Source: Glaucostegus cemiculus (taxonomy: Eukaryota). Taken from it: a stretch of DNA of 64,000 nucleotides. The stretch is taken from positions 23,684,001-23,748,000 of the forward strand of contig CDPCPM010000106.1 of assembly GCA_976551045.1 (NCBI GenBank), given 5' to 3'. A program made the position numbers and the translations under genes. Below are positions 27,290 to 38,861 of this stretch, in pieces. Within the stretch, counting starts at the first letter, position 1. Every line of letters begins with the position of its first letter. The notes below the pieces were generated by a model that worked only from the letters and a program-made list of their open reading frames with translations, was not told the origin of the DNA and searched no databases.

Positions 27290-28330
27290 CTTGGAAATGT
27301 GCCTACACATGGCGAGTGCCTGCAGGGCCAGCCACTTCTCATCCATTCACAGAAAGGATTGCATTAGCACCTTATCTCCCCCCCATATTGCCCATCTGCA
27401 GTTTTCCACCAGATAACTCTCAGGTTTCTGCAGAGCAGTGATTGCGCTGGGACCACTGTTCTTTTTGATATATGCTAATAACCTGGATGTGGACACACGG
27501 GCATCCATTTCAAAGTTTGCGTGTGACACAAAGCTCGGCAATGTGGGAAGCAATGAGAAGAATAGTAACAGGCTTCAGCAAGGGATACTGTGAAACAGCC
27601 AAACTTGTGGGCAGATTAAATTTAATGCAGAGAAGTTTGAACTGATGGATCTTGTTACAAAGAATGAGGAAAGGCATTATGAACCAAATGATGTAATTAT
27701 AAAAGGGATGCAAGAACAAAAAGACCTCTGGGTATACATTCAGTAAGCTTGAAAGTGGCAGAAAGTTGTTAAAATCCAATGTAACTTTAGTGTACAAGTT
27801 TAAAGAAGTTATGCCCAAACTTTACAAACCACTGGTTATGGCCCACGTCGGGTGTTGAATCCAAGGCTTTGAAGGGGGTACAGAGGAGTTTTACTAGTCT
27901 GGGCCCGGTGATGAGGGATCTTAATTATGCGGTGAGACCAAAGAGACTGGGTCCCATCTCCTTAGAGTGGAAAAATTACGAAGGAGATTTGATGGAGTTT
28001 TTCAAAATTGTGAAACATTTTCATAGGAGAAATAAAGATTATTTAATTAAAAAGGGTCAGTAAACAGTGACCCAGATTTAAGGTGATTAGCAAAGGAACA
28101 AAAGATGATAAAGAACAAAAATTTACACAATAAGATATTTTGGTCAATAATGCAATGTCAGAACACACAGAGGAAGCAGATTCAGTAACATTCTTCCAAA
28201 GGTAATTGATTAAGTACTAAGAGAGCGCTCATGGATGAGTGGCAGAATGGGATTGGTTGAATAGCTCTCTCACAAACTGGCTAAGGCTGAAGAGCCTGCT
28301 TCTGTGCTCAATCATTCCCTAGTTCAATGA
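27290..28330 (+). mobile_element. Old CR1 LINE, RT to 3' end
   Basis: tcaaagtttgcgtgtgacacaaag (SKFACDTK, decayed FADDTK) and GVQRSFTSLGPVMRDLNY..GDLMEFFKI. Confidence 0.75.
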
Positions 28331-28539
28331 TACACTGGGCAAATTGAGTAATTACACATAATTACCCTAATCCAGGAGAAATACATGAATACTTGGAGAT
28401 GGATTCCAGGAGTTTGGAATGATTTTATTCTGAGAGTTGGAAAATATCACAACCAATAGTAAGGGAAAAGACTATTGGAAAGAATATAATCTGACATTTA
28501 CACAGTGTCTTCAATGTGGGCAGTCAGTTTTCGTGACAT

Positions 28540-28850
28540 AATCCCCAAAGCAGCAACAGCACATTTGACCAAATAACTTGCTTTTAGTAATGTTGACTGA
28601 GGGATGCACATGACTCAGATCACCAGAAGAATTACACCACTCAGCCTCGGAGAGTGTTAGGAGGTTATTTCATTCCAGGACAGAATGTCCCTGAGTTCAA
28701 CATCTCATTCAAAGTACTGCAGCTTTGATAGTGCAGCATTCTCTCAGTACCATACTGAAGTGATGATCTAGATTATGTTGGTGCTCAACTCTCTGAACCC
28801 TCAACCTTCCATTTTGGATGTATAAAACAATAACATATAGGTTACTCAGT
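28540..28850 (-). mobile_element. DeuSINE-like SINE, degenerate
   Basis: Reverse-complement similarity to 29710-29960 and direct similarity to 55240-55505. Confidence 0.5.
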
Positions 28851-29709
28851 TTGCCCAATGTATCATTAAACCACAGAATGATACAGCACAGATGGAAGCT
28901 CTTCTGCTTTAGCCAGTTCATGTAAGAGCTAACAACATGAAATTAGCTTATTTACTGATTATCGCATTACTATTTACGGAGCTGGAGGTGCACAAATAGG
29001 CTGCTGTGTATTCTGTTTTCCAACGGTGATTTCACTTCAAGGATGTCTCTGATTTCCCATAAAAGAGGGCTAAAATTCCTGGGTGGGAGAGGGTTCCACT
29101 ACGGGAACTGGTGGAAGAACTGAGGCAATGCTCCATCCCAAATTCCAAGGAGCAGCCTTCTGTTACCCTGTGAGTTCACTCCTAGCTTGTGGAAGATGCT
29201 GGAGGTGGACCCTTTCCAGGCTGCCTGGATATTCTATGAGTTAGCCTGTCAACCCAGTAGATCAATTTGAAAATGGCAATTGTGGGTTTTATTTTAGGTT
29301 TAGCAAAAGCCTCTAAAATGTTAAAGGGTGAAAATAATTTGAACTGAGAGAGACCAGATTCCTTCAGACTTCAGCCCATTTGTGCCTGTAGTGATCATAA
29401 ATACTTGTGGTCTTGTGCCTCTCTGTTGAGGGTGCAGGGTACTGCTGTTGCATGTTTGCGGCACTGAGCAGACTACTCCACTTATTAACATCCTCAGCAG
29501 CGGGTGGCCCAAACTCCCAGCCTCTTGGTATCAGGTACCCATGAGTTTTAAGTCAGCATTATCATCAATGGGTACAAGGTTTTCTCAGTACATTGTGTGT
29601 TCTAGTTACAACTGGTCAATTATTACAGAAATAAATTATTGCTTTCATAAAGCTGGAACACAGAACAAATCTCTTCCACTTCATGTACTTGCTTGTTATA
29701 GTGTAAACT

Positions 29710-30150
29710 GTGACTTAGTTGCCAGCACTCTAGCTGCTGAGTTAGAAAATTGTAGGTTCAAATCCCACTCCAACCACAGCATAAAATTCTGGACTGACAT
29801 TTCAGGGGGAGTTGCTCAATCAGAGGCTCCATCTTTCAAATGAGATATTAAATCAAGGTTCCATCTGACTTTTTGGGGAGATGTTATGGACCCCTGGCAG
29901 TATTTCAAGGAAGATCAGGAGAGTTATCACTGTGGCAATATTTATCCCTCAATTAACAACATGAAAGCAGATGATTTAGTGATTATCACATTACTATTTA
30001 TGGAGCTGGATGTGCATGAATTGTCTGCTGTGTTTTTTACTTTCTAACAGTGATTTCACTTCAGAAAGTACTTCATTGGCTGTAAAGCACTTTGTGAGGT
30101 CCTGGAAAGCTGCATAGAAATGACCCATAGCAATGCAAGTCTCTTTCTTT
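29710..30150 (+). mobile_element. DeuSINE-like (SacSINE1-type) SINE, near full length
   Basis: B box ggttcaaatccc at about 29756, core atgagatattaaatcaagg, tail aagtacttcattggctgtaaagcacttt...aatgcaagtctctttc. Confidence 0.65.
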
Positions 30151-30409
30151 TTACAAGCTAACTTGAAGGTAGAGAGGGGTTCGTTTACATCATGCACCTG
30201 TGCTCCATACCACCAAAATCTTCCGGATCCTGTTGGTTACATTAATGGTGCGATCAACAATGTTCAATTGAATCATCAGCTTTTAAAGTTGCTGCAAATA
30301 GTAGTAAGTCTGAGGATTGGAAAGATTTCAGAATTCTGCAAAGGATGGTTAAGAAATTGATTAAGAAAGAAAATAGAGTGAGAAGAAGCAGCTGAGAGGA
30401 ATGAGAGGA

Positions 30410-30840
30410 CATGCATTTAAGGTGGGGGGGGGGTTAGAGTTTAAGGGAGATCTGTGGAGCAGATTTTTTTTTTACACAGAGAGTGGTAGAACAGGCTGCC
30501 AGGTGTAGTAGTGGAAGCAGATACTGTACTGGTGCTTAAGAGGATTTTAGATAGACACATGAATATGCAGGGAACAGAGGGATATGATTCATGTGCATGC
30601 ATGAGCTTTAGTTTAGTAATTGGTTTATTATTGTCACATGTATTGAGGTACAGTGAAAAACTTTCTTTCGCATGCCGGTCATACAGATCATTTCATCGCA
30701 TCAGTGCATCAAGATAGTACAAGGGAAAAGCAATAATAGAATGCAGAATATAGTGTTACTTTAGCATTGTGTTTGGTACAGACATCGTGGGCTGACGGCC
30801 CTGTCCTGTGCTGTACTGTTTTATGTTCCATGTTCTATGA
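30410..30840 (+). mobile_element. CR1 3' end, itself interrupted at about 30612-30760 by the reversed 3' tail of another retroelement
   Basis: ttttttacacagagagtggta..gatagacacatgaatatgcagg..ttccatgttctatg tail. The insert begins ggtttattattgtcacatgtattgaggtacagtgaaaaac. Confidence 0.7.
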
Positions 30841-33800
30841 AACCAGTTAGAGACATAAAAGCAGATTGCAAAAGCTTCAATAGAAATGCGGAGGGAAGGA
30901 TTAGCAAAAGTAGACATGGCTCCTTATTGGCAACAGCGATGTTAATAAGTGTAGGTGCTAGGAGAATTTTTCCTTCAGCTGCAGTGTACAGGATTGTGGA
31001 TCCCTGTCTCTGAATAAAGGGTTGGCTATTTGGAAATGAGATAGGGAATAATTTTCTTCACTCAAAAGGGTGTGACTCTTGGAAATTCTCCACATCAGAA
31101 GACTGAGAACGCTCAGTTACTAAGCCACTTCAAGACTTTTATAGCAGGTATCATTCTCTTGGCATGTCATGGACCATAACATTAACTATTATTTTATTTT
31201 CCACTCTTGAGCTGCTGAGCATTCCCAACCTTTTCTGTTTTTAGTTCAGTAGAGCTTTGGATTCTAAGAAGTCAGGGGATTTAGGATTTGTGTGGGAAGG
31301 TGGAGTTAATATAAAAGATCAGTCACAGTCTCATTGAATGGAAAATGACTGAAGTGGTTTGCCACTCCAATGAACACCACTACATGTGCACATATGGCCA
31401 GGTGCTTTAGCACATCATGTGCTCTCGGGATCTGGTGCTCTTCTTTGTTTAATACTGCTACTTCATAAATGTAATTCAACAGTTAAAAATACAAGAAGGG
31501 TTCTAATAGTAAGGCTTCCACGTAAACCTTCTTGGGATTGGTGGTGGTGGGGGTGGGGGAGTGTGAGGTGGGGGGAGTGGATGGAGGACTAGCCATGGGA
31601 AAGACACTGTTTGTTTGGGCATCTATGAATGTCTGTTGATGGAATTTGAGTTGGGATAATGGAAGACAAAATGGCTGGATCTAATCTTCAGATCTCATGC
31701 AGAGTAACTAAATTTGCAGAAAAAGGTATTTTTTTTAATATATAGTGCTCATGATTAATTAGTTGGTTCTAATAATTGTCTGGTGCACTCTCAAATGAAC
31801 AATAAATATTAGTTTGCTATTTGCCAGTGAAAGCCAACACATTCAACATCTACTTACATTTTACCCAGGGCTCTATTTTGAAAGCCTAGACTCCTAATTG
31901 ACTGCACAGCTCTGTACCCTGTGCGTCCTCAAAATTCTACTGAAAAGCACAATGTTTATGTGTGTTACCCAATTGAATGTTAATGTAAATGTAATTTCAG
32001 CAATTTTCCATCAGATGCATGTCCACAGAGAAAGGGAAGCATTTACACAAAATTGGGCTAGTGAGGTCTGCTTTGGTGTAACTTGAAGGACCTTGCCAGA
32101 ATCGGAATCTGGTGCCTGGACCTCTTTGATTCTTATGACTATTTTCCCTTGGACTCTAAACTTCTTGAACTACTCGTTGCAAACCTGCAATACACCTAAA
32201 CCTGAATTGAGATGACGCCTATCCCATCCCATACATCAGACTGTGATCAACCATCTTGTCCTCAACCTGGAGGTCCCCACAATGAAGGACATGCAGAAAA
32301 AAAAGAGGCCTTTCAGCATGTTGATGGTGTACAGCCATTCTACGATGCACACTGCCTCACGCATTTATGAATATTTGTTATGGAATTTGAAGAGCTTGCA
32401 TACTGGAAGGCAATTTTGAATCATACTGTTCTAGGTCTTTAAGAATTTCTATCATGCTTCTTATGACCTAGTATTATGGATTGAAGTGCAGTCATCTACA
32501 AAGAAATCCACATGAATCTAGAATTAACTTTTAAATTTGGGGTGTATAGGAGTGTGGCTTTAGTGAAGCAACAACCCTCAAAGAGTTAACACTGCTTTTT
32601 GTTTCCTCCCATTGCGGCCCAGTCTCTGGAATCCATCATAGGCAGCACTTGCTAACTGTGCCACCATTTAGATAAAGAATCTAATCGGAGGCTGTCTTGT
32701 CTTAAGATCTTATTTTGAATGGCGAATACCTAGACTATTAAGGATATGAAGGGATTAGGGAGACTGGCTCTGTCAAAGGGCAGGATGGAAATACTTCAGA
32801 AAGGAAGAAATCATGTCAAGTACAGGCAGCTGGACAAAGAATGTTTTGGCACGGTCGAATAAAAATTGTTTTCCCTCAAATGCCACATGTTGAATGTGAC
32901 TTTGCTAAAAGCAGATTGTTTCCTGATTTAACTTTATTTATCTGTCTCTTTGCACGGAATGGCCGCTGTGTCCAATGGTCCCACCAATACTGTCCATTCT
33001 CAATACCTCCTCAGTGTTCTCGACTCAGCAAATCCATTCAATTCCACAACCAACTTTACTCAGTTGTCAAACTATTTTCTTTTCCTGCTTTATTTTCTGC
33101 CTTTGATCTTCTTCTCCCTATTCCTTCCCTGAACAGACACTGCCTTCCTCACTCAGTCAACAACTGTTAAAGGCAAACAGCAATTTCATCTTCTTTATTG
33201 AAGGATACAGCTGTTGTATTAGAAGGAAATTAGAACTTGCTTCAATTATCAGAGAGAGGAAACAGAAAGTTCAAATAAACTCCCAGCACCTTTCAGTCCT
33301 GTTGTGAGAAAATGTAGTAGCTTGACTCCAAGCACAATTGGTGGAACCAGACCATCTAACACTTTAGGTGTCTGCATGATGCCAGATGTTTGTGTCTCCA
33401 AATGTTTCCATGGCTACATTCGCTCCTGTTGCTGAATTTCTCAGTAATATTCAGGTGTGTTTTCTGCCTGAAGATCACTCACTAAAAAACAAAGTAATGA
33501 TCTCCCCCTCTACTCCCATAAAGTCAAGGTTAGAGAACCTCAATGACATCTACATTATTAACTCAGTTGAAAGTTAATTGAAAATTAATTTTGCAAATTT
33601 TTACATATGTGGAGCAGAAAAACATGGAACAACAGACAGGAAAGAGTAAAGATTTAAATCCCAATGTGTAAGCATACTTTTGACATACCTGAGCATTTGC
33701 TGCCATATACAACAGTTCCATTCTAGAAGCATCTGTAATCCCTGTAAGAGACTTCTGGACTGAGTTCCCTGGCTGTAACCTCCACCCATGATCGTGCACA

Positions 33801-36800
33801 CTCCCACTCACCAGATGTGGAAGGCCAATCTCGTTGATGTGGTCTGAAAGGCAACTGGGCTATTGACAGCATAATGCTGAAGTTCTGTCCCTAAAGGATC
33901 CCTACAGCTTCTGACAGCTGGCAAAGTTGGAGGTCAGCCTTTGCCAGCTGCAAAGCTGCAAATAACTTCTAAACATTCAGAGACATTAAAAAGCTATTAA
34001 AATTGAAATAAATAATTAAAAAATAAAAATGATTACATTTTTAAAATATATATAAAGTTAATTAAACATAGGCACTGAATCATAATTAATTAAAGAACAT
34101 TATAATAATGTAAAGTAATTTTAAAAAAGCATACCTTCCTTTGTAATTTTAATCCAGTCCTGGAATTCCCATTGAAATCAATAGGACCTCAGATTTTGCG
34201 TCAGGACCAGCAGGTTTGAGTCTCAGTATTGGGCTACTACTCCAGCAACAGTGTTTGGTGATGGGTACAATGTCATCTTTCATGCAGCTAGCCCTGAATT
34301 CCATACACACATGTAGGTCCAAGACTTATCTGTGTTCAAATGTCTGAGTGCTGATTGTTCTGGGGCATTATATTTGCCAACCTCTGCTGAATTTTTACTG
34401 ACATGTTTGTATCAATAAGAAATTGTCAAAAGCTCGATTAAGTTTTAATTGCAGAGCTACCCTATGACAGCTTTAATGACTTTGCAGCTACTGGAATCTT
34501 TCCGCTCCAATATTATGTAAATTGCCCCACTAATAGCACCGTTGTTTATACTAATGCAAACAGGGAAAGTCCACAGGATTATATCATAAACAGAAAATGC
34601 TTCTAGAGATATCCCTGCAGAATCACTGTATAGAATCAGACATAAAATCAGACATTTAGCAAATTACCAAATGTGCTTTCAATTTTAAAATTGGCAAAGC
34701 CGTTTGAAGAATATTTGTAAAGCAGCAACATTCTAAGAAAGTCCACGCTGAATGTTTAATGATTTAAAATCAATTGCTTGATACATTGCCATCTCATGGA
34801 ACTGCATTAGCATTTCAAAATTAGTACCATTGGAGCTCCATTACAATGGAAACAAGCAAGTGGTGGATGTATTGTGCCCATTTTTTCCATGTGGAAATTG
34901 CACATAAAAGTAGTTTTACTCGGGTTAGATCACACCAACAATTATTTTGGGTGAAAAGCACCCATTGGGAAATCTGCCAAAAACTTTAGTGAATGATTTA
35001 CCCTAGCATGAGTGAGTTTTTCCCAGCAATAATCAAACACCAAGTGATGTCACAGGCCACACACCACATGCCTTCTGTTGGCATAGCTTGAAGCTTTTGG
35101 ATGCAATCTACATCCTCCTAGATAATTCACAGAAAAACTAAGGGCACATCATGCAGAGATCAGCAATGAGACATCACTTAAGAGTCCACACTGTGAAATT
35201 AATGTTTTGCACACAGCAATTCCTAGCCTCAGTTTTCAATGATCAGGATCATGGAATCCATACCATTCATGATTTCTTCACTGTTTCCACCTTTTGTTGA
35301 TGTTAATTTTGAGAGTACTGGCTTTTTCAACAGCCCGCACTGTGCAAGCTTGGAGTCACTAGGGATAAGGGAGTCAATTGGGATGGATCATCAAGTTGGG
35401 AGCTACAGATGCACAGGCAACAGACATGCATCCCCTTCCTCATGTTTTCTCTCTCCTCAATGCCAGGCATCATTGTACCTGTACTCTGGCTGTGATGGAG
35501 GGAACTCTTTAAGTGGATAGAGCTCTTTAAACACTGACTCACTTTCAATAGCATTGACATGGCAGTTGGAAGCTGCCCCCAACAGGTTGCGTTTTAGTGC
35601 ATGATTCTATATACAAAACTGTATTCTGCTGATTTTAACATTTGTTTGCCCAGTTACACAGATTTTGCAAGGTAGTACAGAGCATACAGTAAGTGCACCA
35701 AGAGAAGTGAAACCCAGTTTCTAGGCAACGGTGTCTAATTCCACAGTGACCTGAGTGGAGAGAGAGCAGGGAATGCATGCTGGCCCTTGCTTTGTATTTC
35801 CATATAATACCTAAACAGTCGTATGCCACTGAATATCTAGATTTAAACAGAGATATCAATCTGTTTCTGTCAAAACTTGTCTATTCTAAAAGATTAATTT
35901 TTACAAATCACACCTGTGGAAGAGCAAGTACAATAATTTCCAATTCAAATTACTCATCTTAGTGTTTAAGTTTTGGATTCACCTGTCTACATTCCTTTAG
36001 CTTTTTCCAACCTTGCAATAACCAGCCTCTGAACCATTTGTCTTTGGCCACTCACATATTTACCTTTTATTAGTGGTTCTGCATTCAGCCATCTATGTAC
36101 AGAACTTTGAAATTCTCTCTGAATCTTTCCATCTACCTGAAACTTTCTATCTCTCTCACCTCCTTGAAACAGCTCTGTGATCATAAGACAGCTTTACCCC
36201 AACTGACAAAATGGCTTTGCTACTATTATACTTCGTCACAAATTTTCTACACCAAATTTCCTAAATAAACACAAGTTGTGGTAATGTTCCGCAAGTAATC
36301 CAGAATATGGAGGATAATGTTAATTTGAATAAAACTAGACCTCAACAGATTTCTCCCCTCCTGATAAATTTCCTGTTGTGCTATTTTACTACAAAGACCT
36401 AATTAAACAATTCAGTGACGGTAAGGGAAAGTATATTATATCTGATTGAACTAAAATTATTGGCCTTCCTGTGTTCACTGTTACATTATTCCTCCAGAAA
36501 AATGGAAATCATTAACTTCCCTGCACCATAGCACTTAATCCTGCCTTTCTAAAAAGTGGGTGTTAATATTAGTCTATCTCATACTTTCTAATCAGCTCCC
36601 ACAGGCATAAGGGAGATATCTGAGAATAATAGGACATTCAGACCTATCGGATTTTAAAGAACTGCCAACAGCTCGACTTTTGTTAACCCTGTCCATCTTC
36701 CTCAAGACCAGGATGTGTATTTATGTATCAGTCAAGGGACCATCTTGAAACTAAAGCAATTTCCAAGAAAAATGATCAGTCATTTCCAGATTGATTTCCA

Positions 36801-37569
36801 AGACTAATTTCCTTTTCCTTAAAACTGGTGCTTATCAGTTTCACAGATCTGTAGAATGTTGACTTTAAATATGAATAAGCCAGATCCCAAGACCTACCCT
36901 AACCTAAATCTTTACTTGCTCCCAGCAACTAATGTATAATTACTTTTCCATGAAGGTACAAACTGTTTTCCATGAGTTCCAGCTGCCATTTGGAGTATTG
37001 ACTTTAATGACCTCACAGTCTGTTTCTTCACTCCTAATAATAGACTTAACAGCCTTTGCTTGCTGACTGACATTATTTGTAGTAAATGCTCATGGACTGC
37101 AGCATCATTAATGCACCTGGACAATATGCAGTAAATGAGTTTTATGTAATTGCTGCAATAGAACATCATACATAAAGAAATTTAAATATTTAAAACATCA
37201 ATGGATGGTCCATGCTTATAAAAAGTTAGAGGACGTGGACCTAGGGATTGCTCCACACCATTTTCTTGGTATTAAAACACTGTTGTGAACCTAATGCATA
37301 AAGAGCAAGTACTTCTAATGCAAGGTCCACTGAACAGCCTTGTTGTGTTCCCTGTGTCATGTTGCATTGAAACTGACATTGTTGGGTTCAGCACACGGCA
37401 TGTGGCAAGTTCCTGCAGTTGTCAACATGCAGCACAGCAGGTGCAATCCTTGTAGCCTGCTCTTAAAGGGGCATTCCACATTATACACAACACTCTTCCA
37501 GTTGGAGGGGAAAGTTGCAGCTGAAAGGCTGGATGCTGCGATGCTGGGTGGGTGGTGGTACAAGGATGC

Positions 37570-37720
37570 TTCTAAGGGATCATAAGAACCTGGAGAGTTA
37601 GCTGAAGAACAGTGCCCACAGGAGGTATGTTCTTTATGGTAAGAGGAAACAGAGACCCTCCAGAGCTACGGCCAGGCATTTGTGTTTGGGAGATGGTGGT
37701 CATGTAGCAGGAAAAGGAGT
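37570..37720 (+). pseudogene. Remnant of a Myb/SANT-like DNA-binding gene of a PIF/Harbinger transposon
   Basis: Manual translation DHKNLES*LKNSAHRRYVLYGKRKQRPSRATARH, then after a frameshift WEMV. This resembles the remembered Harbinger Myb-like pattern xLExLL..RRxVLxP..RRP..WxxVA. Confidence 0.4.
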
Positions 37721-37838
37721 TGCTGGGTGTTGCATGTCACACGTTGTGGTAGCAGGTGTGGGTAAGTGCATCTGGAAGGGATGTGTTATTATTCTTTGTA
37801 TCCATCCACCTTTCTGCTTCTCATGCATATGAGCCTTT

Positions 37839-37928
37839 CTGCATTGAACTGCCTTTCTACATGTGTATCTGCATTGAACTGCCTTTCTACATGTGTATCT
37901 GCATTGAACTGCCTTTCTACATGTCTAT
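37839..37928 (+). repeat. Minisatellite, 30 bp x 3
   Basis: ctgcattgaactgcctttctacatgtgtat repeated three times, one mismatch in the third copy. Confidence 0.95.
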
Positions 37929-38602
37929 CATGCCACCCATCTGTTTCCCCTCACAGCTCCCTTTTAAATATTGCACATTCCATTTGCTTTTGATGCTATA
38001 TTCCCTTTTTGTCAATTCACCACTCTGACCTCATCTTCTGTCTATGAACTCCATCCAGTGTTCCTTCACAGTCAATGTTGCCTTTCATCAGCCTAGCTTT
38101 GAGTCCGGAGGCTTGGTTTTTTTTGTGTGTGTGTTGAAGCAGAAAAAGCAACACAGGCATAAAAGGCAGGAGGTGGTGGGCCAATGCAGGAATGAGACCC
38201 ATGAGAAAATACATAACAAAGGGAGAAAAATCTAGAGGGTGAAAACAAATAGAATTACACATAAGATTATATTTTGTTTTGCTTTCATGTTTCTCTTGTC
38301 ATGTAAATTAATTTGAAAATGGTGGTGTGACAAGGTAAAAGGAAGACTTGTTGGAAGTATTAGCATTACTAGCCAGAAGTGGCTAAAATAAGAGAACTGG
38401 TAGATGTAACACTAGAAATCTCAAACAATTAGAGGTGATGAAAGACTTCTTATAAGGGGAAAGCATCAAGTTTGCTGCAGACAATTTTTAAGATATTCTG
38501 AAACAACTTTAATTTTTTGTTGGAGTGCACTCCAAGTTGGATAAGTTTGTTTGGCCTTCTTCTGTCTTATTTTTGAAGACTGGACTAAGAAATAGATAGA
38601 CA

Positions 38603-38861
38603 GATTTCTTTATTAGTCACACGTTCATCAAAACACACAGTGAAATGCATCTTTTGCTTAGAGTGCAGGCAGCCCGCAAGTGACGCCAACATAACATACC
38701 CACAACTTCCTAACCCATTCGTTTTTAGAATGTGGGAGGAAACTGGAGCACCTGGAGGAAACCCACGCAGACATGGAGAGAACGTACAAACTCCTTACAG
38801 ACAGCAGTCAGAATTGAACCCGCGCTGTAATAGCGTTACGCTAACCGCTACACTACCATGC
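38603..38861 (-). mobile_element. V-SINE-like SINE
   Basis: gggaggaaactggagcacctggaggaaacccacgcagac...gctgtaatagcgttacgctaaccgctacactac is the reverse complement of the head at 1035-1180, followed by a different 3' tail. Confidence 0.85.

Noticed and set aside
27023-27346. 107-aa ORF
   Set aside because: Begins within an old CR1 fragment, with no recognisable protein or convincing splice context.
37839-37928. 30-bp repeats as a CRISPR array
   Set aside because: Units are directly adjacent with no spacers, there are no cas genes, and the context is vertebrate.
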